A DNA stretch of 35,857 nt, taken from assembly GCA_037381725.1 (NCBI GenBank), contig JARRQQ010000001.1, positions 1 through 35,857 on the forward strand, given 5' to 3'. A model generated the notes under the pieces. It was not told the DNA's origin, made no database searches, and saw nothing but the letters and a program-made list of their open reading frames with translations. Source of the DNA: Sedimentisphaerales bacterium. Lineage in GTDB: Bacteria; Planctomycetota; Phycisphaerae; Sedimentisphaerales; Anaerobacaceae. A program made the translations under genes and the position numbers. The stretch's first letter is position 1. Every line of letters begins with the position of its first letter. This document shows positions 9,996-18,919 of this stretch, in pieces.

Positions 9996-10163
9996 CGCGC
10001 GAGTCGGCGCCCCGTCTTCAAATTCGCCAAGCCGTCGTCCCGTGGAGGTACGTATTCCTCCGCGAGACCAGCCGCGAAGCGGCTCAGGGACTCGATATGA
10101 CACGTTGCACCATGTCCTCCGATAATAGGGCATTCTGTTCCACGAGAGCGAAGGTTTTTGGCC

Positions 10164-10185
10164 GGCCCACAAAACACTTGTGGCC
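10164..10185 (+). terminator. Terminator-like hairpin (GGCC[C]ACAA-aacac-TTGTGGCC) followed by TTGTT
   Basis: 8-bp stem with one bulge, followed by a short T-rich tail. Could end a + strand transcript that starts in the AT-rich patch near 9750-9780. It overlaps the proposed uvrA -35 element. Confidence 0.25.
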
Positions 10186-10207
10186 TTGTTAGGTCCGGTG
10201 GTACAAT
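10178..10207 (+). promoter_or_regulatory. Candidate sigma70-type uvrA promoter (TTGTGG - 18 nt - TACAAT)
   Basis: Hexamers read from the sequence. The -10 element TACAAT at 10202-10207 lies about 60 nt upstream of the uvrA ATG. Confidence 0.3.
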
Positions 10208-10269
10208 GACCGGTTTGCTTTGTTGCTGAATCTTCAATAATGGGGTAACGGAAGCTAATACGAGGCAGG

Positions 10270-13137
10270 ATGGCCAGACGAATAGAAAAAGCGATCAGGA
10301 TCACCGGCGCCGCCGAGCATAATCTCAAGAATATCAGTTTGAGCATCCCGCGCGACAAGCTGGTGGTCATTACCGGCATCAGCGGATCGGGCAAGAGCTC
10401 GCTGGCGTTCGATACGATTTACGCCGAAGGGCGTAGAAAATACGTCGAGTCGCTCAGCGCCTACGCCCGGCAGTTCCTAGAACAGATGCAAAAACCGGCC
10501 GTCTCGGAGATTACGGGACTTCCGCCGACCATCGCCATCGAGCAACGAAGCGCCAGTAGCAATCCCCGTTCGACGGTCGCAACGACCACGGAGATTTACG
10601 ACTATTTCCGCGTGCTTTTCGCGCGTGTGGGCCAGCCGCACTGCTGGGTTTGCGGCAAGGAGATTTCCAGCCAGCACTCCTCACAAATCGTCGAATCCAT
10701 TCTCTCCCGGCCGGAAGGCACGAAAATCCAGGTCTGCGCTCCGCTGGTCCGCGGCAAAAAGGGCGAGCACAAAGACGTCTTCGCGGCCATCCAGCGTGAA
10801 GGCTTCGTCCGGGTTCGCGTCGACGGCTCGACTTGCGACGTGCGGACTGTCCCGGCGCTGAACAAGAACAAGAAGCACGACATTGCGGCGGTCGTTGATC
10901 GGTTGATTATCAAACAGGGAGTTCGCACCCGCCTGGCTGACTCCGTGGAGACGGCGTTGAAGCTGGCCGAGGGTATCCTTCTGGTCCTGCTCCAGGAACC
11001 CCGCGCCGACAAGCACAACGGCGGCGATGGGCGCTGGGAGGAGGCCATTTACAGCGAGAAATTTGCCTGTCCCGAGCACCCGCAAGCGAGTCTCGAAGAG
11101 CTTTCACCCAGGCTATTTAGTTTCAACAGCCCTTACGGCGCCTGCAAAAGCTGCGATGGCCTCGGAACCATCCTCGAGTTCGACCCCGAATTGATTGTGC
11201 CTGATAAGAGCGTCTCGCTCGAAAACGGCGCAATCGACGCCTGGCGCAAAGGCGGCAAGAGAATGAACATTTTCTATAACCGCCTGGTCAAGCGGTTCTG
11301 CCGGAACACGGGCATCAGCAAGTCCGTCCCATTCGAGCAAATCCCGCAGCAATATAAGAGGATTCTGATGTACGGCACGACCGACGAGGACGAGGACAAA
11401 TACGGTGTGGTGTTCGAGGGCGTCATTCCGAACCTCCTCCGCCGATGGGAGAACACGACCAGCGAATATGTCAAAACCCGGTTGAGCGGCTATCTGTCGC
11501 ATCAGCCCTGTCGAAGCTGTGGGGGCGCCCGGCTGCGTCCCGAGGCCATCGCCGTAACCATCGGAGGCAAGAATATCCACGATCTGACGGCCCTGAGCAT
11601 CGAGAACGCGCAGTCGTTCTTCGGCCGACTGAAGCTGGACGAGGAGAAGACCGTGATCGCCGCGGCGGTGCTCAAAGAGATCAAAGCCCGCCTCAAATTC
11701 ATGTTCGACGTCGGACTCGGATATTTGACGCTGGACCGCACGAGCAGCACGCTGGCCGGCGGTGAAGCCCAGCGAATCCGCCTAGCCACGCAGGTCGGCA
11801 GCGGCCTGGTCGGGGTCTGTTACGTGCTCGACGAACCGACCATCGGCCTGCACAAACGGGACAACGACCGCCTCCTGGGCATATTGCGGAGGCTCAGCAA
11901 GCTCGGCAACACGGTCATCGTGGTCGAGCACGACGAAGACATTATCCGTAGCGCCGATCACATCGTCGATATCGGCCCAGCCGCCGGCGCGCATGGCGGC
12001 GAGGTCGTCGCACAAGGCACTTTGAAAGACATTATCAAATGTGAAACCTCGCTGACCGGCGAATACCTGAGCGGCAAAAAAAGCATCGAGCTACCCTTAA
12101 AAAGAAGACGCTACAATCTGAGAAAAAGTATCGAAGTCAAGGGCGCGGCTGAGAATAACCTCAAGAGCATCGACGTCAAGTTCCCGCTGGGCGTCTTTAC
12201 GTGTGTGACCGGCGTCTCCGGCTCGGGCAAAAGCACCCTCGTCAGCGAAATCCTGCTCAAAGCCCTCAAACGCCGGCTCTACCAGTCCCGCGAAAAGCCC
12301 GGCGCACACAAGAACATTCTCGGCACGTCATTGATCGACAAGGTAATCGAGATCGACCAGTCGCCGATCGGCAAGACGCCTCGAAGCAACCCGGCTACGT
12401 ACACGGGTGCTTTCGATCTGATCAGGAAACTGTTCAGCATGACGCGGGAGTCGAAGATTCGAGGCTACAAGCCCGGGCGGTTCAGCTTCAACGTCAAAGG
12501 CGGCCGATGCGAATCGTGCAAAGGCCAGGGCACGAAAAAGATCGAGATGCACTTTTTGCCCGACGTCTACGTCACCTGCCAAAGCTGCAAGGGCACGCGA
12601 TATAACCCGGAGACCTTGGCCGTGACGTATAAAGGCAAGAATATCGCCGACGTGCTCGATATGCGGATCGACGACGCCCTGAACTTCTTTGCTAATTTCC
12701 CGGTCATCGTACGGATTTTGCGGACACTGGCGGATGTCGGGCTGGGCTACATGCAGTTGGGCCAGCCCTCGACGACCCTCTCCGGCGGTGAAGCCCAGCG
12801 GGTCAAGCTCTCCGCCGAATTGGGCAAAGCCGCGACCGGGCACACGCTATATATTCTCGATGAGCCAACGACGGGATTGCACTTTGCCGACATTCACAAC
12901 CTCCTGAACGTGCTCCAGCGGCTGACCGATTGCGGCAATACCGTCGTCGTTATCGAACACAACCTTGATGTGATCAAGATAGCGGATTATATTATAGACC
13001 TCGGCCCTGAAGGCGGAGAAGCCGGCGGCACCGTCGTCGCAGCCGGCACGCCCGAGGAGATTACGAAAAACAAGAACAGCTTTACGGCCAAGTTTCTGAA
13101 GGCCAAACTCGCAGAGGGCAAAACGCCGGACAGGTAA
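10270..13137 (+). CDS. uvrA: Excinuclease ABC subunit A
   Basis: ITGAAEHNLKNI...VITGISGSGKSSLAFDTIYAEGRRKYVESLSAYARQFL. Two ABC modules (second Walker A GVSGSGKST, signatures LSGGEAQR x2) and Zn-finger Cys pairs. 955 aa. Confidence 0.97.
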   Translation: MARRIEKAIRITGAAEHNLKNISLSIPRDKLVVITGISGSGKSSLAFDTIYAEGRRKYVESLSAYARQFLEQMQKPAVSEITGLPPTIAIEQRSASSNPRSTVATTTEIYDYFRVLFARVGQPHCWVCGKEISSQHSSQIVESILSRPEGTKIQVCAPLVRGKKGEHKDVFAAIQREGFVRVRVDGSTCDVRTVPALNKNKKHDIAAVVDRLIIKQGVRTRLADSVETALKLAEGILLVLLQEPRADKHNGGDGRWEEAIYSEKFACPEHPQASLEELSPRLFSFNSPYGACKSCDGLGTILEFDPELIVPDKSVSLENGAIDAWRKGGKRMNIFYNRLVKRFCRNTGISKSVPFEQIPQQYKRILMYGTTDEDEDKYGVVFEGVIPNLLRRWENTTSEYVKTRLSGYLSHQPCRSCGGARLRPEAIAVTIGGKNIHDLTALSIENAQSFFGRLKLDEEKTVIAAAVLKEIKARLKFMFDVGLGYLTLDRTSSTLAGGEAQRIRLATQVGSGLVGVCYVLDEPTIGLHKRDNDRLLGILRRLSKLGNTVIVVEHDEDIIRSADHIVDIGPAAGAHGGEVVAQGTLKDIIKCETSLTGEYLSGKKSIELPLKRRRYNLRKSIEVKGAAENNLKSIDVKFPLGVFTCVTGVSGSGKSTLVSEILLKALKRRLYQSREKPGAHKNILGTSLIDKVIEIDQSPIGKTPRSNPATYTGAFDLIRKLFSMTRESKIRGYKPGRFSFNVKGGRCESCKGQGTKKIEMHFLPDVYVTCQSCKGTRYNPETLAVTYKGKNIADVLDMRIDDALNFFANFPVIVRILRTLADVGLGYMQLGQPSTTLSGGEAQRVKLSAELGKAATGHTLYILDEPTTGLHFADIHNLLNVLQRLTDCGNTVVVIEHNLDVIKIADYIIDLGPEGGEAGGTVVAAGTPEEITKNKNSFTAKFLKAKLAEGKTPDR

Positions 13138-13141
13138 TCTG

Positions 13142-15790
13142 ATGTGGGAATTTCGACTGCGTACAATCGACGATCTGGAGCAAATGAACAAACGGCTCGG
13201 TCTGGCGGTCAAAGCCAGACGGGACGTCTCGATCCTGGCCGAGCCTGTGCGGGCTGGGAACCTGGTGATACCGAATTCGTTGGCGGTGCACCCGATGGAG
13301 GGTTGCGATGGCGATTCACAGGGCCGGCCGGGAAAGCTCACGCTCCGGCGATACGAGAGATTTGCCGCCGGCGGCGCGGGGCTGATCTGGGGCGAAGCGA
13401 CCGCCGTCGTTCCCGAGGGCAGGGCGAATCCGAGGCAACTGTGGATTCACGACAAGAGCAAGGATAGCTTCGCCGCGATGGTGAAGATGATGCGCCGGGC
13501 GGCCGCCGAGAGTATGGGGCCGGACCACAAGCCCGTCATCGTAATGCAGCTAACGCATTCAGGCCGATACAGTAAGCCGGAAGGCGTTGCTCAGCCGATG
13601 ATTCCTCAGCGCGATCCGCACCGTGATCCGCTCATCCCGCAACGAGAACCTAATCTGAACGTCAAGAGCAGAATACCGGACGATTGGCCTCTCGTGACGG
13701 ACGAGTACCTCGACCGGCTCCAGGAAGCGTATGTCGAGGCGGCGAAAATCGCCTTCGACATCGGATTCGACGCCGTCGATATCAAGTCGTGTCACGGGTA
13801 TCTCATCAATGAGCTTTTCGGCTGTCGGGGTAGAGAGGGCAAGTACGGCGGCTCCTTCGAGAACCGGACCCGGTTTCCGCTCGAAGTCATCGACAAGATT
13901 CGCAAAGCGCTGGGCGAAGACGTCCCGGTGACAACCCGGCTCGGCGTTTTCGATGCAATTCCTTATCCTTACGGCTGGGCCGTTGACAAGGACGATTACA
14001 CTAAGCCCGATTTGTCGGAACCGAAGAAGCTGATCGGATTGTTGGAGCAGCGCGGCGTTCGCCTGATCAATATCACTATAGCGAATCCGTATTACAATCC
14101 CCACGTAGGCAGGCCGTTCAACGATCCGATTGTAGGCGGGTATGAAGAGCCGGAGCATCCTCTCGCGGGCGTCAGCCGGCTCGTCAACATTGTAGGTGAG
14201 ATACAAAAGGAATTCCCCAAGATAGCCATGGTCGGTACGGGTTATAGCTGGTTGCGGACCCTTTTCGCCAACGTCGCCGCGGAAAACAAAGCCAATGGCC
14301 TGGTGAGCCTGGCGGGCGGCGGGCGTATGTCCTTCGCCTATCCCGATTTCGCCAAGGATATCCTCACCAAGGGCCGAATGTCCCCGGAGAAGGTTTGTAT
14401 TGCCTGCAGCGCCTGTACTCAGATCATGCGTGACGCCGGGATGGCTGGCTGCGTTGTGCGGGACAACGATGTGTACGGTCCCATCTTCGAGCGAGGCCGG
14501 ATGAGCGACAGGGAGAATCTCGCTCGCCTAGCGGCGGCGTGCCGCAAGTGCCAGGAGCCGACGTGCCAGTTGGCGTGCCCGGCGAGCGTGGATATCCCAA
14601 GATTCATCAGTCAGTTCCTGGATGGACAAGAGAAGGCTGCCTACGAAACCCTCAGAGAAACCAATATGTTCCCCGAAATCTGCGCCTGGCTGTGTCCGGT
14701 CGAGCAGCAGTGTGAAGGTCATTGCTTGCAGGGCTTCATCGGTGACATGCCGGTCCCGATTGCCGAGATACAGATGCACCTGGCCGTACAAGCCAACAAG
14801 AACGGCTGGTCGAAGCTCCGCATCCCGACCAAAAGGTCCGGTCAAAACGTGGCCGTCATCGGCGCCGGCCCCGCCGGTCTGGCCTGTGCTGCAAAGCTCC
14901 TCGAAAGTGGTCATACCGTGACACTCTTCGATGCGAATACGGAATTCGGCGGCATGATCGCTTCGGTCATCCCGCCGGACAGGCAGAGCAATTCGCTCAA
15001 GAACGAAATCGCTGCGATTTTTGCCGACGTTCCCGAGGAACGAATGGTTCTGCGCCTGGGCAAAACGCTGAGTCCTGAATTCAATCTGGATCATATTGTC
15101 AGGGAAGGATTCGACGCCGTATTTGTCGGGATGGGTCTGCCGAAATCCGTCGGTATTAGCGATGAAAATCTCGACGGTTTGTGGAATGCGATGGACTTCC
15201 TTTCGGTAGCGAAAGCGCCGGATGGTCCGGACCTCGAAGGCAAACGCGTGGCCGCTATCGGAGGCGGCAGTACCGCCATGGACGTTGCTACTACAGCCAA
15301 GCGGCTCGGCGCTAAAGACGTTTACCTTATCGATCGCCGGTCCTTCAAAGAGATGCCGGCCTGGGGCGCCGAGCGCGATAGAGCGATGAAGGACGGCGTG
15401 CACTTTTTGATTTTGACTCAGCCGCTCGGCTTTTGCTCCACAAACGGCAAGCTGACGGGGATCAAAGTCTGCCCGACCTGTTTGGGCGAGCCGGATGCTT
15501 CGGGACGCCGGAGGCCCGAGCCGGTCGAGGCGAGCGCCTACGAGCTTGATATGGATGTCGTCGTGGAGGCGATAGGCCAGGCGCCGCCGGAACGGATCGC
15601 CGAGATCCTGCCGGGACTGGCGCTGAAAAACGGTCTGATCGAGACAAGGCAAGGCACGTCCGCGACGTCGAGGCCGGGTGTGTTTGCGGGTGGTGACTTG
15701 GTTCGTGGGGCCTCGACGGTGGTCGCCGCGGTGGCGGACGGCATGGCGGCCGCGAAGGAGATGGACGAGTTTTTGAAACAGGGACAATAG
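13142..15790 (+). CDS. Fusion flavoenzyme: OYE-like FMN TIM-barrel + Cys cluster + GltD/PreT-like Fe-S and FAD/NAD(P)H module (enoate / 2,4-dienoyl-CoA reductase-like)
   Basis: N-terminal half has OYE motifs (HPMEG, QLTHSGR, CHGYLINELF) and CIACSACTQ. The middle has CRKCQEPTCQLACP and CPVEQQCEGHC. The C-terminal half has VAVIGAGPAGLACA, VAAIGGGSTAMDVA and VFAGGDLVRGASTVV. The start is 4 nt after the uvrA stop; M15 at 13184 is an alternative start. Confidence 0.85.
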   Translation: MWEFRLRTIDDLEQMNKRLGLAVKARRDVSILAEPVRAGNLVIPNSLAVHPMEGCDGDSQGRPGKLTLRRYERFAAGGAGLIWGEATAVVPEGRANPRQLWIHDKSKDSFAAMVKMMRRAAAESMGPDHKPVIVMQLTHSGRYSKPEGVAQPMIPQRDPHRDPLIPQREPNLNVKSRIPDDWPLVTDEYLDRLQEAYVEAAKIAFDIGFDAVDIKSCHGYLINELFGCRGREGKYGGSFENRTRFPLEVIDKIRKALGEDVPVTTRLGVFDAIPYPYGWAVDKDDYTKPDLSEPKKLIGLLEQRGVRLINITIANPYYNPHVGRPFNDPIVGGYEEPEHPLAGVSRLVNIVGEIQKEFPKIAMVGTGYSWLRTLFANVAAENKANGLVSLAGGGRMSFAYPDFAKDILTKGRMSPEKVCIACSACTQIMRDAGMAGCVVRDNDVYGPIFERGRMSDRENLARLAAACRKCQEPTCQLACPASVDIPRFISQFLDGQEKAAYETLRETNMFPEICAWLCPVEQQCEGHCLQGFIGDMPVPIAEIQMHLAVQANKNGWSKLRIPTKRSGQNVAVIGAGPAGLACAAKLLESGHTVTLFDANTEFGGMIASVIPPDRQSNSLKNEIAAIFADVPEERMVLRLGKTLSPEFNLDHIVREGFDAVFVGMGLPKSVGISDENLDGLWNAMDFLSVAKAPDGPDLEGKRVAAIGGGSTAMDVATTAKRLGAKDVYLIDRRSFKEMPAWGAERDRAMKDGVHFLILTQPLGFCSTNGKLTGIKVCPTCLGEPDASGRRRPEPVEASAYELDMDVVVEAIGQAPPERIAEILPGLALKNGLIETRQGTSATSRPGVFAGGDLVRGASTVVAAVADGMAAAKEMDEFLKQGQ

Positions 15791-15805
15791 ATGAGGATTT
15801 AGAAA

Positions 15806-16603
15806 ATGGCAGAGCGACTCGTAGCAATCGTCACCGGAGCAAGCCGGGGCATCGGAAAAGGCATCGCAATGGAGCTGGCCTCGTTGGGTTTCGACCTCGT
15901 GATTAACCACTTCGACTTTACGAGCGACGGCAAGCCGGACGACTCGCGTGCGGCTGAGACACAAAAGGAGATCAAGGCACTCGGCGGTGAATGTGAGAGT
16001 CTGCGAGGGGACATCAGCCGGGCTGAGGATCGTGATAAGCTCGTTGCGCTGGCTAAGAGCAAATTCGGCCGATGCGATATGCTGGCCAATAACGCGGGCG
16101 TGGCGCCGTCGAAACGAATGGATCTTCTTGAGGCTACCGAAGAGAGTTTCGACAGAGTGATGAGCATCAATCTCAAAGGGCCATACTTTCTGACTCAAAA
16201 GGTAGCGAATTGGATGATCGAGCAAAAGAAAGCGCATCCTGAGCGAGGATACCGGATCGTAAGCACGGGGTCCATCTCGTCGTACACCAGTTCGCCGGCA
16301 CGCGGGGAGTATTGCGTCAGCAAGGCCGGGATTTCGATGATGACCAAACTGTATGCGGACCGGTTGGCGGAATACGGTATCGGCGTATTCGAAGTCAGTC
16401 CCGGCATTATTGCCACCGACATGACCAGCGTGGTCAAGGACAAGTACGACAAGCTGATCGCAGAGGGCTTGACGCCGATTAAGCGGTGGGGCCAGCCGGA
16501 GGATATCGGCAAAGCCGTCGGGGCTATCGCCGAGGGCCGGCTCGATTTCTCCACCGGTCAGGTCATTAACGTCGACGGTGGCTTTCATCTTAGAAGATTG
16601 TAG
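15806..16603 (+). CDS. Short-chain dehydrogenase/reductase (KduD/FabG-like)
   Basis: TGASRGIG cofactor motif, NNAG, and catalytic S...YCVSK (YxxxK). 265 aa. Confidence 0.88.
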   Translation: MAERLVAIVTGASRGIGKGIAMELASLGFDLVINHFDFTSDGKPDDSRAAETQKEIKALGGECESLRGDISRAEDRDKLVALAKSKFGRCDMLANNAGVAPSKRMDLLEATEESFDRVMSINLKGPYFLTQKVANWMIEQKKAHPERGYRIVSTGSISSYTSSPARGEYCVSKAGISMMTKLYADRLAEYGIGVFEVSPGIIATDMTSVVKDKYDKLIAEGLTPIKRWGQPEDIGKAVGAIAEGRLDFSTGQVINVDGGFHLRRL

Positions 16604-16612
16604 GGAGGCAAA

Positions 16613-17398
16613 ATGGATATCAAGGGCACGATCACCACGCTATTAAGAGATGGCTTCATTCTGGTCTTTAACCAGGATAAGCTCGACGTCGTCAAAACGG
16701 CTGAAGCGCTCGTCAAAGCCGGTGTCAACAATATGGAGGTGACGTGCCGAATCAAGCAATCCCTGGAGAAGCTGTCCCGGCTGCGCAAGGCGCTGCCCGA
16801 TTTTGCGACGGGGGCGGCCAGCCTCATCGACTCGCCCGCAATGCTGAAAGTATACAACAATGCCCACCCGGAGGACCCGTTGCCCTCGGTCGATCAGGTC
16901 GTTGAGGCCGGGGCGTGCTACCTTGTCTCGGCGGTGAACTTCAGTGACGCGGGCTTCGAGAAATACGCCGGGCGGATTCCTATGATCCCTGGATGCGGAA
17001 GCGCCAGCGAGATCGTCAGCCAGTTCTCCAAGGGAGCAAACCTCTGCAAGATATTCCCAGCTAAGCAGCTTGGCGGACCGGCCTTTGTCAAAGCCATTGA
17101 CCCGGCGATTCACAAGACCATCAGCCTTGTGCCCACGGGCGGAACAAATGCAGGCAATATTCCTGACTACGTTGAGGCGGGCGTTCTGGTCCTGGGCGGC
17201 TCGTTCAGCATGATCGAGAAAGCCACGATGAAGAAGATCATCGACGAGCAAGACTACGGTCTTCTGGCTGACGAGCTCACGAAAATAAAACAGCTCATCG
17301 ACAAAGCGCGGGCCGAGAAATATCCCGACATGGACTTCGCCTCGGCGTCAGTTGAACAGATCAGCCAGGCCACGGGGAGGAATTTCAATGCGAGCTAA
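16613..17398 (+). CDS. KDPG/KHG (Eda-family) class I aldolase-like protein with a C-terminal extension
   Basis: Eda-like landmarks: MEVT, VSAV, PGCGSASEI, KIFPA (Schiff-base Lys context) and PTGG. About 50 aa longer than typical Eda. GGGAGG lies upstream of the ATG. Confidence 0.72.
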   Translation: MDIKGTITTLLRDGFILVFNQDKLDVVKTAEALVKAGVNNMEVTCRIKQSLEKLSRLRKALPDFATGAASLIDSPAMLKVYNNAHPEDPLPSVDQVVEAGACYLVSAVNFSDAGFEKYAGRIPMIPGCGSASEIVSQFSKGANLCKIFPAKQLGGPAFVKAIDPAIHKTISLVPTGGTNAGNIPDYVEAGVLVLGGSFSMIEKATMKKIIDEQDYGLLADELTKIKQLIDKARAEKYPDMDFASASVEQISQATGRNFNAS

Positions 17399-18878
17399 CA
17401 ACATCGGCAGAGAATCTGCCCATCCTACGATGTTCATTGCAGTCGTTGTCATATTGTCGCTAATAGTGACGCCATTGTGCGGAAAGGTAGAAGCTGCCTC
17501 CGGGGCACTGACTCTCAATAAAAAAGACACAGGCTATCGCGGCATCTGGTACATGAACCAGCCGTCCGGGGACGAATATGTCTACAAATACAGTGGCGGG
17601 CTGGGAACCTATTGTGCCAAGCACAAGCCGTTCGCCGTCTATTGCGACGAAGTCAAGAAGACCTTCTTTTGTTACGGCGGCACAACGAAGGACAGCGACC
17701 GAAAACTGCTCCACATGGTCTCGTACTACGACCACAGGACGGGGATGGTACCACGGCCGACTATCCTGCTCGATAAGAAGACCAGCGACGCGCACGACAA
17801 CCCGGTCATCTCCGTCGATGATGAAGGGTATATTTGGATATTCTCCACGTCGCACGGTACGTCGCGGCCTTCGTATATCCACAAGAGCCGCAAGCCCTAC
17901 AATGTTGATGCATTCGACCTCGTGAATCCGACGAAGATCGAGAACGGCAAAGACGTTCCGATGACCAACTTCTCGTACATGCAGTCTTGGCACGTCAAAG
18001 ATAAAGGCTTCGTTTGTTTTTTCACACGCTATAATTACCCCGCCGCCCGCACGATCTGTTTCATGACAAGTCCGGACGGTGTCAAATGGTCGCAGTGGCA
18101 GCGCCTGGCAGCCATTGATATGGGGCATTACCAGATCAGTGCTGCCGGGAAGAACAAGGAAGGGTCGGCATTCAACTACCATCCGACGCCCAAGGGACTC
18201 AATTGGCGGACGAATTTGTACTACGTCGAGACTGGCGATCTTGGCAAGACGTGGAGCAGCGCAGGCGGACGCAACCTGGAGCTTCCACTGACGAAGCCTC
18301 AGAATCCCGCCCTGGTGCATGACTATCAGGCTGAGGGTCTGAACGTCTATCTGAAAGATATTCGCTTCGATAGCCAAGATCGGCCCGTGATTCTTTTTAT
18401 CACGAGCAAAGGGTATGAGTCCGGCCCCAAGAACGACCCGCGCACCTGGACGACGGCCCGCTGGACCGGTGCGACGTGGCAGATTCGTCCGGCTTGCGTC
18501 TCGGACAACAATTACGACATGGGCTCGCTGTACATCGAGGACGACGGGACGTGGCGGATCATCGGTCCGACGGAGAGGGGACCGCAGCCGTACAACCCGG
18601 GCGGTGAGATGGCGATGTGGATCAGCCACGACGAAGGGGCGTCCTGGACGAAGGCCAGGCAACTCACCAGGAACAGTCCGTTCAATCATACATACGCCCG
18701 GCGCCCGGTTAACGCTCATCCTGACTTCTATGCTATCTGGGCAGACGGGCACGGCAGAAAGCCGTCCAAGTCGTCGCTCTATTTCTGCGACAAGCAAGGA
18801 AACGTCTATGTCTTGCCGCGAGAGATGATCGGCGATTTAGCACGACCGAAGCTGCTGGAACAACCGTCAGACAGATAA
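17388..18878 (+). CDS. Secreted BNR/Asp-box beta-propeller-like protein
   Basis: ATG at 17388 is preceded by GGGGAGG and overlaps the aldolase stop by 11 nt. Signal peptide MFIAVVVILSLIVTPLCGKVEAAS. Asp-box-like motifs TSPDGVKW, TGDLGKTW, SHDEGASW and EDDGTW. Confidence 0.75.
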   Translation: MRANNIGRESAHPTMFIAVVVILSLIVTPLCGKVEAASGALTLNKKDTGYRGIWYMNQPSGDEYVYKYSGGLGTYCAKHKPFAVYCDEVKKTFFCYGGTTKDSDRKLLHMVSYYDHRTGMVPRPTILLDKKTSDAHDNPVISVDDEGYIWIFSTSHGTSRPSYIHKSRKPYNVDAFDLVNPTKIENGKDVPMTNFSYMQSWHVKDKGFVCFFTRYNYPAARTICFMTSPDGVKWSQWQRLAAIDMGHYQISAAGKNKEGSAFNYHPTPKGLNWRTNLYYVETGDLGKTWSSAGGRNLELPLTKPQNPALVHDYQAEGLNVYLKDIRFDSQDRPVILFITSKGYESGPKNDPRTWTTARWTGATWQIRPACVSDNNYDMGSLYIEDDGTWRIIGPTERGPQPYNPGGEMAMWISHDEGASWTKARQLTRNSPFNHTYARRPVNAHPDFYAIWADGHGRKPSKSSLYFCDKQGNVYVLPREMIGDLARPKLLEQPSDR

Positions 18879-18919
18879 TCTAAACGATCGATGTGCGATT
18901 CGCTCAATGGGAGAAAGAG

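Noticed and set aside
10119-10138. Minus-strand ACAGAAUGCCCUAUUAUCGG, resembling the RNase P RNA 3' P4 strand (ACAGAAcccGGCUUAUCGG)
   Set aside because: There is no GAGGAAAGUCC partner anywhere upstream on that strand. The sequence cannot pair with the universal P4 5' strand, and the rest of a ~350-nt RNase P RNA would have to overlap uvrA.
9788-10138. 9-nt long-range complement ACAGAATGC (9788-9796) / GCATTCTGT (10130-10138) as a closing P1 helix or terminal inverted repeats of a MITE
   Set aside because: A single 9-mer complementary match is about what is expected by chance within a 750-nt region. There are no target-site duplications or further extension of pairing. It is noted only as a possibility within the intergenic-region finding.
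14528-16588. 686-aa minus-strand ORF
   Set aside because: It is antisense to the C-terminal half of the OYE/GltD fusion and to the SDR gene, both of which carry unambiguous cofactor motifs on the + strand. It has no recognisable domain and low-complexity R/A/G composition.
17460-18797. 445-aa minus-strand ORF
   Set aside because: It is antisense to the Asp-box propeller gene, which has a signal peptide, an SD and Asp-box motifs on the + strand.
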